DNA of 64,000 nucleotides. It comes from a virus. Lineage: Duplodnaviria > Heunggongvirae > Uroviricota > Caudoviricetes. Positions within the stretch are counted from its first letter, which is position 1; every line of letters starts with the position of its first letter. Under the pieces are notes generated by a model that saw only the letters and a program-made list of their open reading frames with translations, made no database searches and had not been told where the DNA came from. The position numbers and the translations under genes were made by a program. The DNA is taken from IMG/VR virus record IMGVR_UViG_3300007351_000001; one strand, 5' to 3'. Shown here piece by piece: positions 51,971-60,728 of the stretch.

Positions 51971-54211
51971 ATGAAGATTCTCATCTTCAGCGACTCGCCC
52001 TGGTTGCTGACAGGGCAAGCGCGAGTCGTACGCGAACTCGGACGGCGGTGGAAGGACAAAGGCCACCGGATCGTCAGCCTCGCGTGGAAAACGCGGTCTG
52101 ATGATTTCTACGATCGCGAGTGGCCGACACACGGCGTGGCTGGCTCGTACGGGATGCGCGACGACGCGACGATCGCCGACCTCGTCAGCCGCATCAAGTC
52201 CGAGAAAGCCGACGTGCTCTTCTGTGTTGGCGACATCCACCACTTCGTGCGCATGCGCGAGTTGCGGGAGCTGTGCCCGCACGTCTTGATCTACGGCTAC
52301 ATCAACGTCGATGGCACCCACATGCCGGCGAACTCGCGTGCTGTGCCGGTCGGGTTCGACCAGATCACCTGCACCTCGACCTTTGCCGCGCAGCAGCTGC
52401 AGCGGCTCGCCGGCAAGACCTACCAGGTCGTGCACCACGGCGTGGACCCCAAGGTCTTCCGGCCGCTGGATCGTTTTGTGGACGAGAATGAACCGTGTGC
52501 GCCCCAAGCGCTGTTCGATTCCCCGACCGGTGGGTGGAAGGATCACTTCTTCGCGATGTTCGTCGGCCGTAACATCGGCCGTAAGAATCTCCCCGCGCTG
52601 CTCGAAGCGTTGGCGATCGCCGTACAGGGCTGCCCCGAGATGCGGCTGATCATGCTCACCAATCCGCGGGACGGTCACGGCTTCCCGCTGGTCGACATCG
52701 CGCACCAGCTGGGAGTGCTACCGCACATCGGCTTTGTCATGAGCATGCTGACCAAGCAGAAGGCCGTGCCGTTCGTGAACGATCGCGACCTGAACGTGCT
52801 CATGAATCGCGCCACCGTGCTGGTCGAGCCGTCGTACGGCGAAGGCTTCGGCCTGCCGATCATCGAGGCCATGGCCGCAGGGTTGCCGGTATTCGCCGCC
52901 GACAACTCGGCGATGTCCGAACTGGTCCACGGCCGCGGCGTCACGATCCCGTGCAACTCAGCGATCTGGGCGACCGACAGCGGCGTGCGCCTGCAGCTGG
53001 TCGACGTGCCCCTGCTCGCGCAGGCGCTGATCGGGGCCTACCGCGATTGGGAGACCGGCGGCACCACCTTGGCCAAGTATCGCGCTGCCGGCCTCGACTT
53101 CACCAAGCGTCGCACCTGGCGCAACCAGGCCGACCAGTTGCTCACGCAGATCACGGACGCCGTGGCGAAGAAGCCGCCGCCGACGGTGCTGTCGAGCCAA
53201 GTACAGATCGACGAGACCGTACAAGCCGCGGTCTGCATGATCACCAGCCGTGCTCCGGACACGCCGACGATCTTCGTCGCCAAGTTCGGCGGGCTCGGCG
53301 ACTACGTGCAGCTGATGCCCGTGCTCGCTGGCATCCACCGCCGCCATCCGCGGCATCAAGTGTTTGCCGTCGTCGAGCAGGACTACGGCATCTTCGACAA
53401 CAGTCCCTTCGTCGACGGCACCACAGCAGTCGGCCCGCGCCCACAGTTCCGCGTCGTGCAGACAATCCGCCCCTACTGCGACATTCTCTACGACGTCCGC
53501 TACGTCTCGCGCGTCTACTCCGAGGTGGACCCGGCGGTGCAGTCGCCACCAGATGCGCCGTACGAGTGGTTCTACAATCACTGGGCGCACTCGAACGCGC
53601 GCGTGCACACCCTCGGCAAGCACGTCGTCGACCTCATGATCGAGTCGACTGGTCTCAGCGGCTACTGCTCGCGCGCCGACATGCTCATCGACCCGGTCGA
53701 GCACCCCCTGCACGCGCAGATCCCGCGCCCTTACGTCGTCGTCCACAACGCCGCTGGCAACGTCGGCCACTTGAAGACGTGGGACATGGCGTCGTTCCAG
53801 CAGGTGATCCGGTGGCTGCGGGGCCATGGCTATACCGTCGTGCAGACCGGGATCCCCTCTGAGCTGTCCCTGGGGCCAGACGTGCTCGACGTCCGCGGCA
53901 AGCTGCCGCACGTGCTGCACACCGCCGGCCTCCTAAAGGGCGCCGAGTTCTACTTCGGCGTCGAGGGCGGACTCTTCCACCTCGCCAAGGCAGTCGGCAC
54001 GCCTGGTGCGGTGCTCTTCTCAGTCACCCCACCGGTCTGCTTCGCGTACCCCGACACGGTGGTGCTCATGAACGAGCAGTGCCCGCCGTGCTGGTGGCGT
54101 CCGGGCACGTGGTCGGAGACGTGCCCGCTCAACTACCCACGCTGCGTCAACTTCCCGTCTGTTGAGCAGGTCATCACCGCGCTCAGCGCGATGACCGGAA
54201 AAGGTGCGTGA
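51971..54211 (+). CDS. Fused glycosyltransferase: N-terminal GT4 plus C-terminal GT9 (heptosyltransferase-like)
   Basis: MKILIFSD..TG.ARV; VGRN..RKN; EPSYGEGFGLPIIEAMAAGLPV (GT4). KFGGLGDYVQLMPVL; KTW; A..Y.GVEGGL.HLA.AVGTP...LF (GT9). Confidence 0.9.
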   Translation: MKILIFSDSPWLLTGQARVVRELGRRWKDKGHRIVSLAWKTRSDDFYDREWPTHGVAGSYGMRDDATIADLVSRIKSEKADVLFCVGDIHHFVRMRELRELCPHVLIYGYINVDGTHMPANSRAVPVGFDQITCTSTFAAQQLQRLAGKTYQVVHHGVDPKVFRPLDRFVDENEPCAPQALFDSPTGGWKDHFFAMFVGRNIGRKNLPALLEALAIAVQGCPEMRLIMLTNPRDGHGFPLVDIAHQLGVLPHIGFVMSMLTKQKAVPFVNDRDLNVLMNRATVLVEPSYGEGFGLPIIEAMAAGLPVFAADNSAMSELVHGRGVTIPCNSAIWATDSGVRLQLVDVPLLAQALIGAYRDWETGGTTLAKYRAAGLDFTKRRTWRNQADQLLTQITDAVAKKPPPTVLSSQVQIDETVQAAVCMITSRAPDTPTIFVAKFGGLGDYVQLMPVLAGIHRRHPRHQVFAVVEQDYGIFDNSPFVDGTTAVGPRPQFRVVQTIRPYCDILYDVRYVSRVYSEVDPAVQSPPDAPYEWFYNHWAHSNARVHTLGKHVVDLMIESTGLSGYCSRADMLIDPVEHPLHAQIPRPYVVVHNAAGNVGHLKTWDMASFQQVIRWLRGHGYTVVQTGIPSELSLGPDVLDVRGKLPHVLHTAGLLKGAEFYFGVEGGLFHLAKAVGTPGAVLFSVTPPVCFAYPDTVVLMNEQCPPCWWRPGTWSETCPLNYPRCVNFPSVEQVITALSAMTGKGA

Positions 54212-54345
54212 TGTTCAAGTGGATCCTCTTGCTCGTCGCGGTCGTCTTCGTCGGTTTGATCGTCGTCGTGCTCACCGGTGATGATGACGACTGGAACGGG
54301 GACGATGACGACGATGATGACGATGGGCTTCCACAAGCCGCCTAG
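54211..54345 (+). CDS. 44-aa single-TM protein with poly-Asp tail
   Basis: MFKWILLLVAVVFVGLIVVVLTGDDDDWNGDDDDDDDDGLPQAA*; TGATG coupling. Confidence 0.65.
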   Translation: MFKWILLLVAVVFVGLIVVVLTGDDDDWNGDDDDDDDDGLPQAA

Positions 54346-54364
54346 CTGGCTTGGGCGACGGTCC

Positions 54365-54664
54365 ATGTTTTTCGCCGGCTACGAGATCGACCGCCGCGGG
54401 CGCAACTACGAGCTGCACTCGCTCGGCGGCGAGTGGTACGCCTCACGCATGCACCTGTTTCTTGACCGCCGCCCGATGTGCCGGATCGGGGTGGAGTTCG
54501 CCTCGAAGCTCGAACGCGAGCCGTACATGGGAGGGCGTAGTACAACCAAAGGCGAGTGCAAGCTCTGCGCGCGTCGCGCGCTGGGCGGGTTGCCGCCACT
54601 GCGGGTGCCGTGGCGCGTAGGAGACGGAGCGCAATGGGAGAAGAGTGGGCCAACATCAGCGTAA
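54365..54664 (+). CDS. Hypothetical protein
   Basis: ATG 54365; C..C pair. Confidence 0.5.
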   Translation: MFFAGYEIDRRGRNYELHSLGGEWYASRMHLFLDRRPMCRIGVEFASKLEREPYMGGRSTTKGECKLCARRALGGLPPLRVPWRVGDGAQWEKSGPTSA

Positions 54665-55002
54665 GCTGGCCGGCGCTGCAGGACGTACGCGTGCTCGTGC
54701 CGAGCGAGCGCGAAGTGCCGCTCATTCTCGGGATCGCGCCCTCGCCGATCACCGGCACCGTCGGCACCCAGCCCGTGCAGATCACCGGCGTCGGCTTTGA
54801 GCCGCGACCGGCTCCGATCGTTGTCTTCGAGAACCTCACCGCGGGTGAGGAGCACCGCCTGCGCCCGCGGACGACCACAGCGACCTCGCTGCTCTGCATG
54901 CTCGACACCGACGTCTTCGCGTCGACCTGGACGGCCAAGGTCGTCAACGCCAACGGGACGGTCTCTTACCGCTTCCCGTTCACTGTCATCGCGCCGCCGT
55001 AA
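54634..55002 (+). CDS. IPT/TIG-like immunoglobulin-fold protein
   Basis: AGGAG SD; I.GI.PSP..G......ITG.GF; W..KV.N.NG.VS..F.FTV. Confidence 0.65.
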   Translation: MGEEWANISVSWPALQDVRVLVPSEREVPLILGIAPSPITGTVGTQPVQITGVGFEPRPAPIVVFENLTAGEEHRLRPRTTTATSLLCMLDTDVFASTWTAKVVNANGTVSYRFPFTVIAPP

Positions 55003-55010
55003 GGAGAGCC

Positions 55011-55406
55011 ATGACCGCCATCGACGCCTTCACCGAGCAGCCGGTCTACGGCCCGATCCCAGAGGAGTCGACCGCCATTGTGCGCGCCGTCGTGACCGAT
55101 GCGAACGGCTCCCCGCTGACGGCGCTCGACTCGCTTACGGTCTCGCTGTTCGATCGGCTGACCGGCGTCGTCATCAACGGCCGCAACAAGCAGTCGCTGC
55201 TGAACGCCAACGGCGGGGTCTTTGACACGGTCACGAGTGAACTGACATGGACGATGGCGCCGAAGGACAACATCATCGTCGAGCAGCGTAATGAGATGGA
55301 GGAACACCTGGCCCAGATCGAGTTCACCTACGCCAGCGGCGCCCTCGGGCGGTACGAGATCGTACTGCGGGTACGCAATCTTGCCCGTTTGAACGAGGCG
55401 CACTGA
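55011..55406 (+). CDS. Ig-like virion protein (BppU N-terminal-like)
   Basis: AAGGAG SD; beta-rich D.NG.P.....LT..L...F....ELTWTM.P.D. Confidence 0.6.
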   Translation: MTAIDAFTEQPVYGPIPEESTAIVRAVVTDANGSPLTALDSLTVSLFDRLTGVVINGRNKQSLLNANGGVFDTVTSELTWTMAPKDNIIVEQRNEMEEHLAQIEFTYASGALGRYEIVLRVRNLARLNEAH

Positions 55407-56041
55407 TGCGGGTCGCTGTGGTTGCCCCGCCGGAGGCGCAGGAACAGGTCCGCTGGATCGCTGAGGGCCTCCTGGCTGCGGGTCACGAGGTCTTCCAGCT
55501 GCAGGCACGGGACGTCACCCGGACGCTCACAGACGTCCTCCTGACGCGTGCAGAGGTGCTTGTCCCGTACCACGTCGAGCCGGCGCTGGTCGCCTGCGTG
55601 AAGGAGTTCGGCGTCGGGGTGGCCGGCGCCGACGCCCGGACCCGTCTCTACTGCGAGAACGAGCCCGAAGTGCGGCGCACGCTCGACGCGTTCAAGGTCA
55701 GGACGTCAGAGTGTGACGGAGAAACAATCCCGATCCTCGTGCTGGGCGATGGCGGCAGCCTGCGCTGCGTGCAGCCGCGGAACATCGAGTGGCGACTACA
55801 CCACTGGCTTGCCCGTGAGACCGTCGCCACCGAGGCCTATCGCGCGCTCGGGCTCACCGACTACGGCATCGTCGAGCTGACGCCCGACGCGGAGCCTGCG
55901 GTGGTGCGCGTCCGCTGCGACGCGCTGGATCTGCTGCACGAGGAGCGCTTCTGGGTGCAGTGCATCGCCGCCGGCAGCACGCCGGCCACGATGCTCGATC
56001 AGGTCGTGCAGCGCGCCCGCCAGCGCTCGCGCGAGATCTAG
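55406..56041 (+). CDS. Truncated/degenerate D-Ala-D-Ala-ligase-like ATP-grasp protein
   Basis: MRVAVV; GV.V.GAD; A.EAYRALGL.DYG.VEL; lacks the central ATP-binding PxxxKP/LVE.Y region. Confidence 0.55.
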   Translation: MRVAVVAPPEAQEQVRWIAEGLLAAGHEVFQLQARDVTRTLTDVLLTRAEVLVPYHVEPALVACVKEFGVGVAGADARTRLYCENEPEVRRTLDAFKVRTSECDGETIPILVLGDGGSLRCVQPRNIEWRLHHWLARETVATEAYRALGLTDYGIVELTPDAEPAVVRVRCDALDLLHEERFWVQCIAAGSTPATMLDQVVQRARQRSREI

Positions 56042-56418
56042 TCGACGTCGACGGTCTCTGGGCGCTCGCCCATCATCCACAGATACTGCCGCGTGGTGCC
56101 GGTGATCGGTACCCAGCGCATTCCCCCGTCGGCGTTGTGCACGACGATGTACTCGACGCCGTCTCGTTCCTGAAACGACACGCCCAGACGATCTCCGTCT
56201 GGACAATCCACCGGCAACAGCTCCAGCCCGTCAGGGTCAACGTGACGCACGAAGCGGCGGCGCCCACCAGCGGCCCACTCGACGTCGGAGATATTCACCT
56301 TCCCCCGCCAGTTCCCTCCGATCTCCACGAGATCGCCCGCCTGGAACGAATCGCCTCCCCTGTTCTCGATCCGCCAGCGAACGCGCGCGATGCGGCCTTC
56401 GTAGTCGCGTAGCTTCAC
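56038..56418 (-). CDS. Hypothetical protein
   Basis: Part of a coupled minus-strand run. Confidence 0.6.
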   Translation of the reverse strand: MKLRDYEGRIARVRWRIENRGGDSFQAGDLVEIGGNWRGKVNISDVEWAAGGRRRFVRHVDPDGLELLPVDCPDGDRLGVSFQERDGVEYIVVHNADGGMRWVPITGTTRQYLWMMGERPETVDVD

Positions 56419-56954
56419 GGCACCACCGGCAACACCAGTGGTGAGAAGTGCGTGTGGTACCCCGGCCAGTCGCTATCGAGCGGCGAACCGCTGTACGGCG
56501 CCTCTTCCGGCCGCGGCCCGTCGCCGCGATCCACGAAGCACCACCAGAGCTGATCGCCCATGTCCTCGTGCCACTGGTCCAACGGCCGCACCGTCTTGAG
56601 TGCCGCCAGTTCTCCCTCGGCCGCACGTAGGCGCTCACCGACGTGCGTCGCCGCCTCGGCCGCGGTCATCGACGCGTCGACGCCATACGTGCCGAACACT
56701 TGCAGGATCGTACCGAACTCACGCCCGGCACGCTCCGCATTCTCAACCAGCGCCTGCTCCAAGCGCTCGGCGAGCCGCGCCATGTGCTCCATGACGTTCA
56801 GCATCTCGACCCACTTCGCGGTGCCGCGTTCAAGCTGCTCCGGCATCCGGCCAAGATCGTAGAGGAGGCTCATGATCTCGGGGTGCTTGTGGAAGGCCTC
56901 GAACAGCTGCTGCTCGCGCCCTGCCCACCACGCAGCGACTCCAAGCTCGTTCAT
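56415..56954 (-). CDS. Hypothetical phage protein
   Basis: ATGA-type overlaps; C-terminal W.EDMGD.LWW...PY.GSPLD.DWPGYHTH..P phage motif. Confidence 0.7.
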   Translation of the reverse strand: MNELGVAAWWAGREQQLFEAFHKHPEIMSLLYDLGRMPEQLERGTAKWVEMLNVMEHMARLAERLEQALVENAERAGREFGTILQVFGTYGVDASMTAAEAATHVGERLRAAEGELAALKTVRPLDQWHEDMGDQLWWCFVDRGDGPRPEEAPYSGSPLDSDWPGYHTHFSPLVLPVVP

Positions 56955-57385
56955 TTACCGTACATCGCCCACTCGGGCGCGATGCCGATGATGCCGTAGG
57001 AGCAGCCTGGCGGGATGTGGCCCCAGTCGCAGTTGAAGAGGTACCACCCGAGGCCGTTTGAGCCGTCGTGGTCAGGCTCGGGCGGTAGGGGTGCGCTCTT
57101 CAGCCACTGCTCGATCATTGGCTGCACACCGGCCACATCAAGCGGCACGGGGAATGCGTTCACCGGCGAGCCCCACTCCTGCTCGGGGTGGTGCCAGAAG
57201 AGACACATCCACGGTTTGGCCGGCAGCGGCTCTCTGCGCTCGCACACGTCATGGATCTTCTTCGTGTCGATGATCGCCCAGTGACTCACCTTGCCGCCAG
57301 CTGCGCCGTGGTTGAAGGCGAGCTGCAGCGCCAGCCTCAGAGAGTCGCTGCCCTCAGCGACGACTCGAAGCGAGAAGTTATCCAT
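56951..57385 (-). CDS. Hypothetical phage protein
   Basis: GGAGGAG SD; MDNF...; W...P.PPEPDHDGS...GW..F...WG...WAMYGK. Confidence 0.7.
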   Translation of the reverse strand: MDNFSLRVVAEGSDSLRLALQLAFNHGAAGGKVSHWAIIDTKKIHDVCERREPLPAKPWMCLFWHHPEQEWGSPVNAFPVPLDVAGVQPMIEQWLKSAPLPPEPDHDGSNGLGWYLFNCDWGHIPPGCSYGIIGIAPEWAMYGK

Positions 57386-57842
57386 GGTGCTCCTCCACAT
57401 CGAGATGGATCCGGCCGAAGGTGTGGTGCGCGCCGATGCGCAACATCGGTGCGAGCAGTGCCCACTCTTCCTGGCTTGTCGTGAGCGTCCCGGCCCGCCC
57501 GAGGGAACCGGACTGCTTGCCGACGAAGATGTCGGCGGTGACATGCGACCGTTCGGACTGCACCGCCCCATCGTGGCGTACTTTCACAAGCAGCTGCGGC
57601 GTCTTCGGCGGCTTGCGCGGCGCACGCGTCACCTTGCCGTTGCGCTCGTCATAGAGCCCCGCCTGCGCCGAGCCGCGCTGAAAGATCCCGCCGTCGACGT
57701 AGTAGAGGCGCGAGGGTCCACCGATGAGACAAGCGTCGCCGTCGGCGAGATAGTGCCCCCAGGACTGCTCGCAGGCGCACTGCCGCAGTTCCCACGAGAG
57801 GAACACCGAATCGTGGCACTCGATGCAGAAGATGAACTTCAT
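57378..57842 (-). CDS. Hypothetical zinc-binding protein
   Basis: MKFIFCIECHD...RQCAC..S.G.Y..DG. Confidence 0.65.
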   Translation of the reverse strand: MKFIFCIECHDSVFLSWELRQCACEQSWGHYLADGDACLIGGPSRLYYVDGGIFQRGSAQAGLYDERNGKVTRAPRKPPKTPQLLVKVRHDGAVQSERSHVTADIFVGKQSGSLGRAGTLTTSQEEWALLAPMLRIGAHHTFGRIHLDVEEHHG

Positions 57843-58225
57843 GCCTCGCTCGACGGCGTGGCCGGCAAGCGCTGATCGACTGCCAACACCAGCAACATTT
57901 CGGGCTGGCCGTCGACGGTCGACTGGTCGAAACCGACATCGAGATCGTAGAGCCACTCGCCGTCGCCCCACTCGGAGGCGAGCACGACCGCGCGCTGCGC
58001 GGTGGCGCGGTGCTCGACGAGATCGCCGACGTTGAACTTCGGCTCGGTGGGCTCGTCGTCCTCTTCCTCACGCTCCTCACTCATCTCAGCGTCCTCATCA
58101 TCGTCAGCTGGGTCGTTGATCGTCTCGACGTGGAATGTCGTCTGGGGTCGCCCACGCAGCCACCGCATGAATGCAGCGACGAGCGCCAACCCAACCCCCA
58201 ACACCGCAGCATGCCACAGTTCCAT
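57839..58225 (-). CDS. Membrane-anchored acidic protein with YccV/HspQ-like SH3 C-terminus
   Basis: N-terminal TM; DDDEDAEMSEEREEEDDE; PKFNVGDLVEHR. Confidence 0.65.
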   Translation of the reverse strand: MELWHAAVLGVGLALVAAFMRWLRGRPQTTFHVETINDPADDDEDAEMSEEREEEDDEPTEPKFNVGDLVEHRATAQRAVVLASEWGDGEWLYDLDVGFDQSTVDGQPEMLLVLAVDQRLPATPSSEA

Positions 58226-58240
58226 GAGACGTCCTCAAAG

Positions 58241-58314
58241 CGACCGCGAAGGGACTTGAACCCTCAACCCCAGGATAGACAATCCTGTGCTCTGCTCTGT
58301 TGAGCTACGCGGCC
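58241..58314 (-). tRNA. tRNA-Asp(GTC)
   Basis: GGCCGCG/CGCGGTC acceptor, G discriminator; CAGGA-TTGTCTA-TCCTG arm (atypical U37). Confidence 0.9.
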
Positions 58315-58324
58315 AAGAAGAAGG

Positions 58325-58397
58325 TTGCGGGGACGGGACTCGATCCCGTGACCTCCGGATTATGAGTCCGGCGCTCTACCACCTGAGCTACCCCGCG
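58325..58397 (-). tRNA. tRNA-Met(CAT) with mixed initiator/elongator features
   Basis: CGCGGGG/CCCCGCA (C1:A72); CCGGA-CTCATAA-TCCGG; T-loop ATCGAGT. Confidence 0.88.
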
Positions 58398-58453
58398 CCA
58401 ACCTTCAGGCGTTCGCTATCATAGAACGCCGAGCGGTGTCTAGTTTGAAAGAG

Positions 58454-58545
58454 CGGAGGCGGTGCGATTTGAACGCACGAGACGACCACTGGTCGTCTGC
58501 CGGTTTAGCAAACCGGTGCCTTCGGCCTGACTCGGCCACGCCTCC
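58454..58545 (-). tRNA. tRNA-Ser(GCT)
   Basis: GGAGGCG/CGCCTCC acceptor, G73; CCGGT-TTGCTAA-ACCGG; long variable arm. Confidence 0.93.
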
Positions 58546-59193
58546 CTAGACGAGTTCGGCGCTGCGACGATCGGGGAACAGTGCCTCGGTCACGAGGCTG
58601 AGCTTGCGCGATTCCGCAATGGTTTGCGGCGTGTACTCGAACACTACCGCCTCGGTCTGCGGCGTGTGCGTGTGCCCGATCGTGAACGCGCGCTTGTTCT
58701 TCAGCTGCGACCAGTACTCCCCGGTCTTGCGTGGGTGGAAGTCGCCAAGGTCGTCGCTGGTGCCGGTCGAGGTGTTGACGAGATGAACACGCCCTGACGT
58801 TTCCGGGCCAGCGTAGACGACGAAATCTTGCTGGTACTTCTTCCCGAGCTTCATGGCGTGCTCGCGCGCGACGCCGTGCACAAAGACACTGGGCTCCTTG
58901 GCGACGGTTACCTCGCCACCATGGACCTCCTGGCCGTAGCCGGTGAGCTGGTTGTAGCCGAGCCCGGCCGAGCGGAGGTCGTGGTGCAACGAGGCCATCG
59001 CCTGCTTGTTCGCAGCCGGTGAGCGGTCGCTCTGACGCCAGGCGGTCAAGATGGCGAAGGACTTGTGCGGCGCGTTCTGGTGGTGCTGCCAGACGCGCGA
59101 GAGCGAGGCCTCGGTGAGGTTGGCGCCGTTCTCAGCGGTCGGTGCGAGCCGGAAGGCCTCGCGGGCGCGGACGTAGGTCTCGTACCAATCCAT
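58546..59193 (-). CDS. Conserved large-phage hypothetical protein (DUF3293-like)
   Basis: LTEASLSRV; FAILTAWR....N.....L..DLR..G.G...L.G...E...E.S.FV; KY.QD.V. Confidence 0.7.
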   Translation of the reverse strand: MDWYETYVRAREAFRLAPTAENGANLTEASLSRVWQHHQNAPHKSFAILTAWRQSDRSPAANKQAMASLHHDLRSAGLGYNQLTGYGQEVHGGEVTVAKEPSVFVHGVAREHAMKLGKKYQQDFVVYAGPETSGRVHLVNTSTGTSDDLGDFHPRKTGEYWSQLKNKRAFTIGHTHTPQTEAVVFEYTPQTIAESRKLSLVTEALFPDRRSAELV

Positions 59194-59271
59194 CGGCTCA
59201 ATCTCTCTGCGTGGTGAAGGTACCGGAGGCGTGCTAGAAGAGCAACGGAAATACGGTGGAGGAGGTGGAGG

Positions 59272-59655
59272 ATGGGGCACATCATCACGCCCGGCGCGCG
59301 GCAGTTGAAGGTCGTACATGAGCCGCCGCCAGGTCCCAGTATCGGTGAGGAACTTGGACTTGAACGCCTTGATGTCATCGAGATCGACCAGGTGCACGAC
59401 GCCACGGTTGCAGCGAACTACCGCCTGCGCTCCGGCACCAAGTGTCTCATCGTCCCCAACGACGAGTACTTCGAGGCCTTGGAGATCGACCGTGAGCGGG
59501 AGTCGATGATGGTCGGCGACCCGAAGCATCTGATCGCGGTGGCGATGGTTGCGCCTGGTGTACAGGAGCCGTTCGGGCTGATGGTACTGCGCAACAAGCA
59601 GGTCAGCTGGCGCAAGGTTGGCCGCGTGCGCGACATCCGGTGGACGAGTGTGTGA
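59272..59655 (+). CDS. Hypothetical protein
   Basis: Very strong GGAGGAGGTGGAGG SD. Confidence 0.7.
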   Translation: MGHIITPGARQLKVVHEPPPGPSIGEELGLERLDVIEIDQVHDATVAANYRLRSGTKCLIVPNDEYFEALEIDRERESMMVGDPKHLIAVAMVAPGVQEPFGLMVLRNKQVSWRKVGRVRDIRWTSV

Positions 59656-60728
59656 AGGTTCTGGTCCTCAGCTCAGCCGCGTTGGAGTTGGACACTGACT
59701 GTGTCCGCAACAACGTGATCCCTGGCCCGTACGCCAACCAGGCCGGGGAGACGGCGTACCACCTCCTGCACGAGCTGGCGCGCCGTGGCTACAAGTTCCA
59801 CGTCGACAACCGCGTGACACCGGATGACCTGCGGCTGCGCGGCGAGCACGGACCGGAAGTGCTGTTGAACCTCATCGACCCGCTCGGACTCAACTACGTC
59901 GGTAGCGCGCCATACTTCGAGCGGCACTACCAGGCGCAGATCGCCTCGTTGTGCGAGATGGCGCGCATGCCGTACGTCGGCTTCGGCCCGGCTGCGTGCG
60001 CGATCACCGCCGACAAATGGCACACCAAGCAGCTGCTACAGAGCCAGAAGATCCCCGTACCAAAAGGGATCAAGCTGTCGCGGCCGGAAGACCTGGCCAC
60101 GCTGCTGCGGGAGCCGGGTTACCTCGCCACGGTGCCAGGACCGTGGGTGGTGAAGCCGGTGATGGGCGCTGATCGCTTCACGATCTGTGACGACTCGTTC
60201 CAGTCCGAGCCGGCTGCCGTCGCCGAGATGGCCCACGTGCTGATGGAGCGGCTCGAAGCGCCAGTGCTGGTCGAGCAGTACATCGCCGGCCGGGAGATCG
60301 CGGTGTTCATCGTCGGCGATCTGGAGCTGGATGAGGAAGTGCGCGTCGTTGGCATGTGTGAGGTGCACTTCCCGCGCGGGGTCGGCAACGGTCCGTGGCA
60401 GTTGGTGCGCGATGTCCGCTTCCACACCTCGTCGCTCGGCGCGCTCGTGAAAGACGCCGCGCTGAAAGCCTACCGCGCGCTCGACTGTCGCGACTGGGCA
60501 CGCGTCGACATACTGCTTGGGGACGACTTCGTTCCGTACGTGCTTGAAGTAGATCAGATCCGCGGCGTGGGTGGGGCGGCTGGTCGATTCCTGACCGCAC
60601 TCGACAACAACTTGACGCTCCTGGGCGATCTCGCGGCACAGCGGATCTCCGGCGCGCAGGTGCGGGTGTGGCACTTCGTCGAGGAGAGCGATGGATCTGA
60701 CCGACCAGGAGTTGCTCGAAAGCAGTGA
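59640..60728 (+). CDS. D-Ala-D-Ala-ligase-like ATP-grasp enzyme
   Basis: MPYVG....A..I..DK..TK; PWVVKP; VLVEQYI.GRE..V.I.G; A.KAYRAL.CRDWARVD; PYVLEVD. Confidence 0.8.
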   Translation: MDECVKVLVLSSAALELDTDCVRNNVIPGPYANQAGETAYHLLHELARRGYKFHVDNRVTPDDLRLRGEHGPEVLLNLIDPLGLNYVGSAPYFERHYQAQIASLCEMARMPYVGFGPAACAITADKWHTKQLLQSQKIPVPKGIKLSRPEDLATLLREPGYLATVPGPWVVKPVMGADRFTICDDSFQSEPAAVAEMAHVLMERLEAPVLVEQYIAGREIAVFIVGDLELDEEVRVVGMCEVHFPRGVGNGPWQLVRDVRFHTSSLGALVKDAALKAYRALDCRDWARVDILLGDDFVPYVLEVDQIRGVGGAAGRFLTALDNNLTLLGDLAAQRISGAQVRVWHFVEESDGSDRPGVARKQ

